DNA of 64,000 nt from Podospora anserina (Eukaryota), in contig CM030332.1 of NCBI GenBank assembly GCA_017654855.1, positions 5,580,001-5,644,000 of the forward strand, written 5' to 3'. A program made the translations under genes and the position numbers. How positions within the stretch are numbered: position 1 is the first letter of the stretch; every line of letters starts with the position of its first letter. The notes under the pieces are model-generated. The model made no database searches and had not been told where the DNA came from. It saw only the letters and a list, made by a program, of their open reading frames with translations. This document shows positions 1 through 13,912 of the stretch, piece after piece.

Positions 1-757
1 TTGCTTTCCGCTTGTTCTTGTTTTTCATCCCGACCGGGAGATGATGCCGGCGCCCTGCTGGGAACTGGATGATGGCGGGGACGATGGCCCGAGGATGGGG
101 TGCTGTCGATGTTCAGGCTGCTGCGCCCAGCGAGTCTAGAGATGGCGGGGTGCGGGCAAGGCGGGTCGCAGAGGGGAAAGCGCAGCAGTAACAGCGTCCA
201 TGCGTTGGGCGCTGCGACATCACGCAGAACAAGCGGGCGGCGCATGGTGAGTGGGCGGGAGCTCCCAGGGTAGGTAGGCGACGAGGGATGGACTGGACCC
301 GCGAATATTTTGTTGTGCTGTGTGTGGCTCTAGTGAGCTGCAAACAGGTCTTGCATCGTCGCACCATCCTCCGACCCCCCTCTTACCGCCTTCCGACTCC
401 CTTTCCCACCCGCCCGCCAGAAGAACTGCTGCCGTTGTCGTCAATCTGTATCAACACCAACCAGCACGCCTCCGATATTTTGACAGTCTCCACTAGCGCT
501 CGCCTTGCCCAACGCTCCTCGATATGAAAACGATGCTAAAGACAAGGTCCCCGCTTTTTCCTTTTGTAACAAAGCCCGCCTTCCCCATTATCGGGCCGCC
601 GAAAGTTCGGCACCTGTGCACAAACAGACCCGCGCCCAGCCAGCGTGCCCGCCCGACCCCGCCACCTGCCTTTGCTGCTCTGCTGCGCTGCGCAACCCTT
701 CTTTGAGATTGCGCGATTGCTTCTTGCCGTTCATGTTGATGCTGTCATGGCATGTAG

Positions 758-2467
<1,710 letters not shown>

Positions 2468-3498
2468 AGCCGGATTTTGGGTAGCACTCGAGAAGACGAT
2501 AATGACCAGGGCTGTTTTTTTTTGTTGCGGGAACGATGATGTGGTCGATATACATGAGGATAAGTATACAAAGGAGCCAAATGGGGTTTGGGGCGGGGGT
2601 GATGTGGTTTTATCAAGCGGGGTTTGAAGAAAAAATCAGTGTCGATCGTTCTCTCTCTATCTCTGGGGTGGGTTGTGGTTGGGGCTGGGGTTGTGGTTGT
2701 GTATTCTGTCATGTTGTTGTTTTTTTGATGTTGTTTTTTGGCCTTAAACTCCAGCGAAATTCTGTTTGCGATTCTGAGACTATTTTTGTTTTCTGTTTTG
2801 TTCTTGTCTTTATTTTTTGCTGTCCCCTCCCTTCCTTCCATGTCATGATGGGTTCTGCGGTTGATGATCTAAGGCAAGCAAAGCGCATGCATGCAGGGCA
2901 AAAAATGAATCGTTCGTTTTGGGATGTTTTATACCTTGTTGCCTTGTTGTTGTTGTTTTGGGTAAGAAGGGAGGGAGGGTGACGGGGCGGGTTTAGATAG
3001 ATGAGAGAACGGTTTATACTGAAGAGATGACGACCCTGTTTTTGAGACACTACTTCCCTTATACAACATGCAGAAAGAAGGGTTTTGATTATGTGGTGTT
3101 TTGTCTATCTGGAGTTTATATATATTCGCTGGAATTTTTTTTGGCGTTTGTTGTAGCAAAAGGAGTTTTGTATGTTTTGCGAGGTGAGGGAGAGGGCGAG
3201 GGAGTATAACAAAATTAACGATTTTCGTTTTTGCGTGGGGGATATGAGATGGAGCAAACACTGAGATGTTTGAGTGCTACCCTACCTAGATCCTGGTGAA
3301 GTTGAAGGCCAAAAGACCACCATTACAGAGCTTCTATATCACCCACAAACCACAGCAGCATATCGTCGACGAGCCTACTCAGTAAAGACAGCAAATGCCC
3401 TCTCGCGCTGAACAAGTGGCGCGAAGCTACCCTCGAGATGGACACTTCTCAAAGCTTCCCTAACATGTAAGCAACAAAAAGACAGCATTCCCAAGAAC

Positions 3499-3518
3499 CA
3501 CACACACACACACACACA
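3499..3518. repeat. (CA)n microsatellite
   Basis: About 10 CA units seen directly. Confidence 0.9.
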
Positions 3519-3856
3519 TGATACGCAGAAAAGACATGATGGATAGATGCATTATTATTTATTTCCTCTCAGTTCAATCTCAAAAGTTGCAACGCCGACT
3601 GATCAACCCTTCTCCAAACTCCCAACAGGTTCTAATTCCGTGGTTCTTCTGCCTTCACCGTCCCTGGCTTTTACTTTTTTTTTACATTATCATGAATACA
3701 CAAAATCCCCAGTCGCGACTTTATCAATTTGCTTCGCGGAAAAGGAATAAAACACCGAATGCTGTGGTAGACACATACCTACCTAGGCTGAAAATGCAGA
3801 TGCGTGCCTTTGCAGCCTTTACCACCCCCACTGCCAACCTCTTTCAGACGCTCGGC

Positions 3857-5268
3857 CTAAGCTTTCCTCCCCTTATTCTTCTGCGTCATCTTCCTAAACG
3901 CCTCTATGCCACCAGCACCAATGGGCCTGTGTTCGCTCGACCGAGCCGACCCATCGTATGTGCTGCGTGGAGCAATGGTGTAGCTGGTAGGCAGACCAGC
4001 AGGTTGCGCGCGGTTGGTCTTGGTCTCGGGCGCAAGAAGTCTCTCGCGCTCGAGCTCGAACCGGGACTTATTGCCGGCTGGTCGCTGGGTAAGCGTAATC
4101 TGGGAGCTACCCATCGCTGTTTCTTGACGCTGAGCCATTTTGGCCGCACTGTTTAAGCAGAACGTTAGTAGTGTTTTGACACAGACTATTTGGATGAATA
4201 CGTACGCAATGTCAAAGTCGCGAGTCTCGATTTGGCGTTTCTTGTAATCATCAGTCCTCTTCAGGATCGGACGACTCCATTCACCCACAAGACGCTCTGC
4301 AATGCGCTTGATGCCAATCTCGGGTCGCTTGCTTTTGGTGTAAAAGTAAACTACCTTGCCAATGCCGCTGCTGAGAAGCACCTCTTTGTTGACTGGAAGC
4401 TTGGTGAGAGCATTGAAGATGTCGCGCTGAATATTGTAAGCGGGGAGACTGCCGTCGTTCAGGGGCTCCAAGAAGTATTTGACAGCTTGGAGGAAATTGG
4501 TTTCAGGGTCGAGAATGGAATCTTGAACGGCTGTCCGGTTGAGAAGCGCTGTGACTTGAGGGAGAAGTTGAAGCTTGTGGGTGGCCGCAATGCCATCCTC
4601 ACGGGCTTTGTTGTCAGCCACACAGGCGTTTTCCATGGCGACTTTGAGATTGGCAATTTGTTCATCGATTTCGTCCTCGAGATCCTGGACATGCGAGTTA
4701 GATACAGAGACAGGGCTAACGTCACCAAGTCAACAAGAGGCAAACATACGATATCATCCTTCTTGCGTCTCCGTTTGGTAGTGGGTTTGAGAGCGGCATC
4801 CATGGCACGCTCGAGTGCCCGACGCCGCCTCTCCTCTGGTGTGAGATTCTCCTCTGGAATCTCTTCTTGCCTGGGAGCCTCCTTCTTGCCTGATCGGCGG
4901 CCCGATTCACCTGCGCGCGCCTTGCGCGGTCGACGGTCACCATCCTCGATAATGTCATTCGCATCCAGGTCGTCATCATCCTCTCCTCTTGTCCGCTTTT
5001 TTGGCCTGCGGCCTTCTTTAGGTTTCTTGTTGGTCACGCTGTCGGTGATCTTCCTTCTGCTGGCTTTAAGTCCCTTGGTAATATTCTCGTCGATGATAAT
5101 GTTGGACGTCTGTCTCTTCTCCATGTCGGGTTCATAGTGCTCGAATTCGCCTTCGTCGATTTCGGAAAGAATGTCATCGGACTCGTTGCCCGCATCACCG
5201 GCACCATCGTGCGAGTCCACGGAGGCGTCATCCCTGCGCTCCTGGGGCGGAGAGCCAGCGTCAGACAT
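3857..5268 (-). CDS. iws1: Transcription elongation factor IWS1/Spn1; introns 4685-4749 and 4149-4205
   Basis: Acidic/basic N-terminus (LTPEERRRRALERAMDAAL) plus TFIIS-N-like core (FLEPLNDGSLPAYNIQRDIF, SSGIGKVVYFY, LVGEWSRPILKRTDDY). Confidence 0.93.
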
Positions 5269-6460
5269 GGTGCTGTATTGTGAGATGTGTGGAAGGAGTC
5301 GGTCGCAAAGTCGCAGTCAAGAATTGGCAAGGCTGAATGAAGGGAAGTTCGATGGTTGGTTTGTCTTTTGCGATGGCAAATTTTCGGTGCAAGCGTCAAG
5401 CACCAAAAAAAGTCTTCGAAAAACCACAGGAAGAGCCTTTGTAATAGATGATCTGGCGAAGATGGAAACGCTGGCGATGGTGGTTGGATTCGGAAAAAAG
5501 TGGACGAACTGATCACGGTTTATCGACAGCCAGGCAACTTTGAGAGTGGCCGACGTGATGAAAGGCGTGCCAGGCGCAGGGAACCGTGCAGCAAGTCGGC
5601 CGGAGTTTCCCCGTGGGACTTCGCTGGGGTGGTCGTTATCCAGGCCCACGGTCCCCACTTGCAAGTCATCAAACACTTGCCACACTTTCAACAGCCAAAA
5701 GTCGTAACTTTATCGGGTTTAAACGTACAAAGACGGTTTAAATTGGGAGAGAAGTGCGTATAGCGTAAAGCGCTATTTAGATTGATCAATATCGATTTAT
5801 CTTCTCAAAAAAAGGCTGTTGACTTTGGCATTGTGAAGATTTTAGACGGCCCGTGTGTTTTTAAGATGACTGTGAGCTTTGATTGGTGGGGGTAAGCCTT
5901 GGCGTGGACCTGGATAACGAACAGCCTTCGCTGTTGAAAGACACAGCTGGAGGTGGAGACGGAACAGGCCAGGGCTGACCTGATGTGGGCCGTTCCAGAA
6001 AAGTCCAGCTTTATTTGCCAGTATTTACATTCGCAGGCTTCCTTTTGTATTGGTTGCCACTGACAACAGCAATCCTCCATCAAGCTCTCTACCTCCCGTC
6101 CCAAGAAACATTGTAAAAGAGTGCGCCGCCCATCTCTCCACACTCCACCGGCTGCCCCGAAACTCTATGCGATCACAACACGAAGTCTGTTGTACTGCCC
6201 AACAGTTTTCACTTGTCTGCGACCGCATCTTGCACCATGGACCATCGAGGAACGGAAGGCCTCATGGACTGGGAGCCAGAACGCAAGCATGCTATTGACC
6301 CCTCCAGTCCCTTCGCAGCTCTGCCCAAAAAGTTCACCCTCTGTAAGTTCTCCTCCATTGCTCTCGCGCTACCCCGCCTGCAAAACAATAATAACGTTGC
6401 CGGCTACATGCCAACACATCAATTTTCACCTTTTTATACAAGCCCTTCAGCGTCATCACG

Positions 6461-7897
6461 ATGGCATCAACTGACCGCGCGCCTTTCCCCATAGCTTCAT
6501 TTGAAACACCCGTCTCACGATTCAGCAAAGTCAGCAATGACCCATTCGCGAGCGCGGTGCGCAAGAGCTCACCACTCAAACAAGACCACCCGGCCCCCCC
6601 ACATGCCTCATTCTTTTCGCCGCAGCTACAGAACAAACCATCAGGCCCCGCGTTTCGGAATCCAGCGTTCACCACACCGCAGAAACGCTTCGAGGATGTA
6701 CCAATGTCCGAAGTTTCTGACGCCGAATCAAGTCCCGCTATGACCGACACTTCGATTTTGCCAGCCGACACGCCAGACATTGAACACATCGGGATGAAGT
6801 CCGCTGCCACCCCCTCACCCATCAAACTGATGTGGAACCGGAACCTGGATCGGAATCGAACTGCCGGAAAGGGGGAGCTCCCTAAATCTGGAGCTCGTGA
6901 TAAGGTCAGGAAGAGGAAAAGGCTTTTCGGCGACAAAGATGTCGGCAGTGTGAGGTCCCGCCTCGCCCACGACTTGGATGACTCAGATAGCGATATTCCA
7001 GAGAGCTCCAAGGCGCTGGTGACGAGTTCAAAACAGAAGGATAAGAAACGAGGCTGGTTGAGCAACTTCCTCGCGACTCTGAGCGACAACCCCAATGCGC
7101 CAGCTATTCTGTCCAGGTGGTTGCAACTTGGGGCAAATATCCTTCTCATGTGCCTTGCATTCATCATTGTCTTCGAAATGATCAAGCAAGTCCGGTCAGA
7201 TTTATCGCACGAGGCTGGCAAGGCTATAGCGGCATTGCAACAGGAGATCAGGCAATGTGCAGAGCAGTTCACCCAGAATGCTTGCTCGCCCAAGGCAACT
7301 CGCGCACCTTATATGGAAACGGTGTGCACCCAATGGGAAATATGCATGCAACAGGACCCTCACGGCATTGCAACCACCAATATCTCGGTCCGCAAGGTAG
7401 CTGAGATCCTCAACGAGTTTGTTGGCGTTATATCCTACAAGACCTGGGTAAGTTTCTGTTGCTTTCGCTTTGCTGGGCCCACGTGCTCTAACATGTTGGT
7501 ACCAGGCCTTCCTTCTTACAATATTCCTCGCCACCCTTCTTGCTACCAACATGGGCTTTGGTCGTCTTCGGGACACTGGCTCGTTCCAACATCCCCGTGC
7601 ACCGGCACCTGCGCCCCCACTACAGTCACCTCCAGCTATGGCTCCGATGCTTCCAGTCTCGTCGGATGGCTTTTTCTGGGCGCCTGTGGGTATGACACCC
7701 AAGAGTGTACGGAAACAACTTCTCAGCGAAGAAACAGAGACAGAGACCGATAGCACCCCGATGATGAGAGCCATCATGCCGCCACAAACCCCGTCAATGA
7801 GGAGGAGTCCCAGCAAAGAGTACCGAGATAGGGAGCGAGAAAGAGACAGAAGTCCGTCCAAGGGTTTCAGACAAAGGAGCCCCAGCAAGAACTACTG
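6461..7897 (+). CDS. brl1: Nuclear envelope / NPC biogenesis protein Brl1/Brr6 family; intron ~7448-7505
   Basis: TM helix (WLQLGANILLMCLAFIIVF), four-Cys luminal loop (QCAEQFTQNAC...METVCTQWEICM), AEILNEFVGVISYKT, then a second TM helix after splicing. Confidence 0.88.
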
Positions 7898-9545
7898 AAC
7901 GAACAACACACCGGTTTCTTTTGTTTATTTTCGCCATCGAGTTTCTGACAAGTGCTGGCAATTGCTGCCACGACCGTGTCACTGCATGTACTTATTCTTT
8001 TCTTGTTCTCATCTTATTCTGCTTTCATAGGCACTTTGGGAGCACGGAGTCTGCTTGGTATGTGGGTTGGTTGGGCTGGTTACGTTGGCGTTGAGCAGGC
8101 GTGCTCTAGTGGGGGTATTCGACATAATTTAATTCTGTCCCTTATACAATGCACTTCTATGACAAGTCATTGTGCTCGGATGCTGGCTCCGGATGCGGCC
8201 TCTATCCACGCCTCCTAGGCTTCCTAGTCGAGACTATGTCCGTCCTTATGAAGTTCCAGATTTTTGCGCCCGCTCTACCAGCACTCTGAAAGCTTGAAGT
8301 CTAGCTTCAAGTCGATGGGTGTGTACTAATCCCCACCATTCTGGGAGCTGACATGATGCCAAGTTGAAGGTCCCACAGCGGGCCGGGACTCGCTGGCACC
8401 CCGATTGGTAGATAGACGTTGAAATGACGATTGCCCATAACGTCACTTACACACAAGATCGAAAGCCTAGATCTGACATCTTACTATTCGAGCAGATTTG
8501 AGACGTTGAGGCGCAGTTCTTACCAATAATTCAGAGCCAGTAATTCCAGCGTGCAGTTCTCTTCTCGAACCCCGTTCCGTTTCCGGAATGTAACAGCGAA
8601 CCCGGAAGCAAGACAGCTAATCACCGATTTTCAAGAAAAAGGGGCGGTTCATTTTGACATGCAGCGTCGCTTTGAGGTCACTCCAGACGCTGACTGGCTG
8701 CAACAGGACGACTTGCTTGGACCAGATATCTTACCGTAACCGCCGTGCCAATTGCTATGTAATTTGGATATGGTGTATACTTGGATATAAACAATCTATG
8801 CAGAGGCAGCATTGGTCTATCATTGCCATGTATGCCACTGTAGATATCATAATGCAAGAAACCTCTTTCATCTCTACGTTGATCCTGACATAAGATATAG
8901 TCACCCCCACATGTTTGTGGGATGGTGGTCCTAGCTCCCTGGGGTGTGGGGCCGCCTTTCAAGGTTGGACCTTTAATTGTTCTGGTTTTTCGACCATGAT
9001 CCATCCAAGCTCTTTGCCGGCCGGTTTCTTAAGGACGCGGTCGTCGAGCTGCCCAAATTGCCATCATACAAGACGCAGCACTGCGAGGAGCCCCAGGCAA
9101 GCCCGAGCGCGCATTGCGTGTCGTTTGAGTTTGGCTTTCGACTCCCCTTCTCTATATTTTCCTCACGAGGCGTCCCATAGCCACCCAGCCCTTCGAACTG
9201 CCCCAACTGGCCTATCCGGCATGAGCATTTCCTACATGTCGTCTTCACATTCCCTCTCGCCCGTCCAGTTCCAGCACGTACGGGATTCCTTCACGACGCA
9301 GACCTGTCCGGACAACCCTCGACCCATACGATAGCAACTTGGAAGGAGTAGGAATCATCAGTCCACATTTGACGCGCGCTCTTGCACAGTTCGATGGTCC
9401 AAGAGCTCTGACCCCGCCACTCGGAATCTGTACAATTAGTGTTCCCTGTTGTTAAGCATGTTGGCGCACATTACCGTAGCTTTTCCAGATATTACCTTGC
9501 TGGCTCCGTGAGGCGGAGAGACAACAATCATAGACGACGGTCGCC

Positions 9546-12307
9546 ATGGATCCAATGGACGAAGACCCGGACGGCGGCCACCCCGGGCCCTCGCTGCCAC
9601 CGCCCACGCCTGGTGGGACCAACCCTGCGCCAGCCCATAGTTCGTCGTCGGCTGCTACTCCATCGTCCGTCTCGGCGGTTGGTCCTGCTTCTCAGCACTC
9701 CGGCGTGTCCAAGAGGAGGAGAGGTCTTGGGGTTGTGACACCGAATGCTTGCACCGAATGTCGCAAGAAGCGTGCAAAGGTTTGTGCTTCCAGCTGACAA
9801 TCGTCGTCCTATAGGTCCTGGCCCCTAAGCTGACTGTTGATGTCACCACCTAGTGCGACGGGCAGAGACCATGCGGTCGATGTAAAACTCAGAAGGACGT
9901 GGAGTGTATATATGAAATCCCAGTCCGACAGTCCAAGGAGAACCTTCGAAACGAAATAGAACAGCTCCGGAAGGCGCAGCGCTGCAACGACAAGGTCTTC
10001 ACGGCTCTCACCCGAAGCGACCACTGGGAAGATGTTCTCAAGCGGCTGCGAAATGGCCAAAGTGTGGAAGACGTGTCCGAATGGCTGCATAGTCTTCACT
10101 CCCAGCAAGGGGCTGGCGCGCTTCCTCCCATCAGCCGCATCATGGGCTCTGCGGGCGTTGGTTACGGCAGCGTGCCTCCGCGCGGACTGACTGGGTTTCC
10201 CGCTGGACCGTCGACCGGTTACATGCCGTTATCTTCCGCGTACCATGCTGTTAGCCCGGTGTCCAGCCATGCCCCGTATAGCACTCAGCCTGAAGACCAC
10301 CAGAGTCCTTGGGGCGGTCATTTTTCAACCCAAAGCCACACTACCCGCAGTGATTCGGCCCCAGACATAATGAACTGGAGCTCTTCGGATACAATTCGAC
10401 CGTCTCACCACTCCCGAGTAGGGTCGTGGATTGAAAGCCAGGGCACTGCTCCTCCTAATCCTGCTCGATTTCGGGGACTGGATAGCGTCTTGATTCCCGA
10501 TTTTGAAGGGATACGGGTCCCGACGGCAACATGGACCAACATAACATCAGACCCAGCCCTTGTTCAGCATCTTCTGGCGCTGTACTTTTGCTGGGAATAT
10601 CCCACCTTTGCGTCACTGAGCAAGGAGCATTTTCTGCGGGATTTCACCGACGGCCGGCCAAGATTCTGTTCCTCCATTCTTGTTAACGCGCTGCTTGCAC
10701 TTGGGTGCAGATTCTCGAGCAAACCAAACACTCGGTCCAACCCAGATGATCCCTACACATCTGGAGATCACTTCTTCAAAGAGTGTCAGCGCCTTTTTCA
10801 TCTGGAAACTGACCACCACAGTTTAACGACCATCCAGGCCCTTGGAATAATGTCCATCAGAGAGGCCAGCTGCGGGAGGGACTCGGAAAGTTGGTATTAC
10901 GCTGGCCAGAGCATTCGTCTGGCTATTGAGATGGGGCTTCATCGTGTGGAAGACGACGGCAAAGATGACGACCTGGCTGCTGTCCAAGCAGCCACATTCT
11001 GGGGGGCGTTTGCCCTGGACCAGTAAGAAATCATTTCCACTTGTTGTTTTGCTTTTCACCCCTTTAGGAAAACTAACGTCACATTCAGCGCATGGTCTTT
11101 GGCGACTGGAACTCTGCCTCAATGCTCCTGCTTTCCACGGCTCCCGCCAAAACCCGCGATTATAGACGACATTGAGGCCTCTCTGTGGATTCCCTATACA
11201 GATGATGGTAAGGGGATCACCATACCCGGACCACCAACAACCGATGGAAGGCTAAACTCAACATCAGGCACACCGCTCGAGAGGTCGTGTGAGCAGCCCT
11301 CGAATGTACGGTCGGTCTACAAATGTTTCTGCGAGCTCAGTGAGCTTGTTCACCAATCCCTGTACATTATGCATTCCCCTGGGCGGCCACTCACCAGCAA
11401 AGACCTGCTTGCTATTTACACGCAGTATTTGGACTGGTACGATCGAATACCGGAGGTTCTCCGCCTGGGCCACAACTTCACCCCGGCGGTCTTGTTTGCC
11501 CAGTACGTTTTCTTGTTGGTCTTTTGCGTCAACTTTTGGATTCTTGCTCATACGGTTCTGTTTGGCAGCATGTACTACCATTTTGCCATTCTACTTCTGT
11601 TCCGGCCATTGATCAGGCTTCGTATCATTGGCTCGGGGGTCTCTCCCCGGGACGTGTGCTCCCAAGCATCAGACGCCATTTCTGGCCTTCTGCGCTCATA
11701 CTCGCAGCTGTACACGCTGAGACGAACACCCTCATTTGTTCCCTACTTTGTACTTACCTCGTCAATCATGCATCTTGCCATTGGAGCGGCACGGTCAGAG
11801 GAGAGAAACAGGGCCCCTGAGGCCGGTGGCGATCTTACCCAGTCTCTCAAGAGAGCGGCACAAATAGATCCCCGTGTTGCTGATGCGCTCAGCCGCGGTA
11901 TTGCTGACCTGACAGAGATGGCACCATGTCATCATTTTGCAGAACAAGCTCTCAACATTCTCCGGTTTCTTGCCAAAAAGTGGGACATCAATGTGGACAT
12001 ACAAGTTGCTAAAGGGGAAGCGAATGTGAGCGCGGAACCAGAGATGATCGATTCAGCAACTCGCCCATCAACAAGCAGCCTCAACTTTTTTGCCCCCAAC
12101 TTCGCCAAGTCTGACTTCAACTGCACGTGGGGCGAAGGCGACGGAACGGCACCCGGAACAGGGAAGGGACAAGAGGGCAAACCGGCGGGCGCCGAGAATA
12201 CATCCAGTAGCATGGAGAATCCTCTGTTCTGGCCCTTTCCAATGCAAGGCCGTCCGATGTTGGCCAGCGGGAAGGAATTGGAGGAGGCAGGCTTCGAGCT
12301 GCTGTAA
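9546..12307 (+). CDS. Zn(II)2Cys6 fungal transcription factor with Fungal_trans domain (NirA-like family); introns 9780-9853, 11023-11088, 11208-11267, 11503-11568
   Basis: Zinc cluster ACTECRKKRAK|CDGQRPCGRC...C after splicing; middle homology region HLLALYFCWEYP, TTIQALGIMSIREASCG, AIEMGLH, TFWGAFALD. Confidence 0.9.
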
Positions 12308-13912
12308 CAGCACACCTGTGACTTTGCTGATAAGTCATAGGTCACAAGGCCTCTTGAGCTTGAGATCAGTATGTCCGAACAACGGAAATGGGATGGTCCA
12401 GACGTGACTTGTTGAACTTGTGTGGGATTTTTGAAGCATCGGTTGTCATTGCTGTGCGGCGTTCAAGGCAAAATGTCCGGATGGCACAGCGTTTGGCTTA
12501 CGACAAGATACCCCGATATACACTAATAACAAAATATGAGAAACAAGACATCGCCTGTCCCTCTCCCGTCTTTGCTGTGGATCCGTCCATACCCATTCCC
12601 AGGAGTCCTAAGAGCCGCAAATAATGGTTCCATTCTCTCCCGTTCCCCGCTTCCTTCCGGGTGGAAGGTTTGGGCTGGCCCGGCAGGCTCGGTGATGTTA
12701 TCCAGTCGTCTTTCGCCCCCCGAAACACCACCCGCTGCTGGGGCACGGCTCACAGCTGATACGGAGAGAAGAGGCTTGTCCGAGTCAACACGCAATAGGA
12801 AGCTGCTGGCTCGGAGGTGGCTTAAGTCTAGAGGTAAGGCAATGCACAGGCCGGTCCAAGTTGATCGAGTTTCATTCTTTTCTTCTTCCACGATATCGGG
12901 CCCAGGCTTGGTGGCACCGGAGGGGCCCGCGACGTTGTCGTTATTACACCCACATTAACAGCCCCTTAGCCCCCCTGCCTACACGTGGTGTCTGGGGTCT
13001 GATGAAAATCTCTTTGAGCCTTGAGGGGGGACAGCAGGTTCTCGATGCTGGGCGTGATGATGGGATGGATGTGTGGAGAGATATGAGACTCTCGGGACAA
13101 CCCTTCGCAACCCCTTCTAATAAGTGTCGTCGTCGAGGGGAAGCGAGGCCCGAGGGGCAAACAATGGACGAGGGGAGCCAACATCCCCACACGCGTGGTG
13201 ATTGGATGACAGGCTGCAGGCTTGGTGTTTCGAAACGCCAGAACCAGCAGCTTCCATGGTGCGGTGTTGCCTCCGGGGGTCGTTTCAGGTGGTCAGCCCC
13301 TCCAAACGCTTCCCCAATCAGAAAGGCTTGTCTTTGCTGAAGAAGCTTGGGCGAGCACCTGCCCTACGATCTCCCGCACCCTGTCCTGTCTGTCTCTTTT
13401 TTCGCTGCCAGGTGTGCGGCCCAATGCCTGCTCGAGGTGTCCTTTTTGCTGCTTGACTGACGTGGTTGCCATTGCTTGTTCTCACAGTGTTATTTTTTCC
13501 CCCTTCTTGCTTCCATTTTGTTGCTCCCCCGATGCGTCGGTGCCTCCGCCCAGACCAATTCCACCCCCCTGGTCCCTGTCTTGTTGGTTAGAGTTGCACC
13601 ATCCGATTTCCCTATTCCTATCAACACAAGACAAGAGCTCGAAGCTCGTCCCCTCCTCGTATTATATCCTCCAGTCTCCCGCCAGGCACGCGCGCCTTGT
13701 CGGCTTGATCACCTTTTTTTTCCTCCTTTTCGCGAAATCTTGCAATTGGCAGCTGCCATGACGGCCTGGTAGACCGGCCGCTTCTCTTCTTCCCACGTTT
13801 ACCTTTACGCGTCTTCAATTCGAATTGTTTTCCTTGCCTTCTGAGCTCAGTTATTTCCTTACGTTTCAATTCCTGCCTTAGCTACAGCTTTTTCATCTGA
13901 TTATCTTTCTTG

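Noticed and set aside
4190-5137. 315-aa + strand ORF; similar antisense ORFs at 6334-7293, 18089-19009, 40902-41795 and 58394-59335
   Set aside because: Each lies opposite a well-supported gene and has no recognisable domain.
8551-9334. Short overlapping ORFs upstream of the Zn2Cys6 gene
   Set aside because: Not joinable in frame to the gene (in-frame TAG at 9531); probably promoter or 5' leader.
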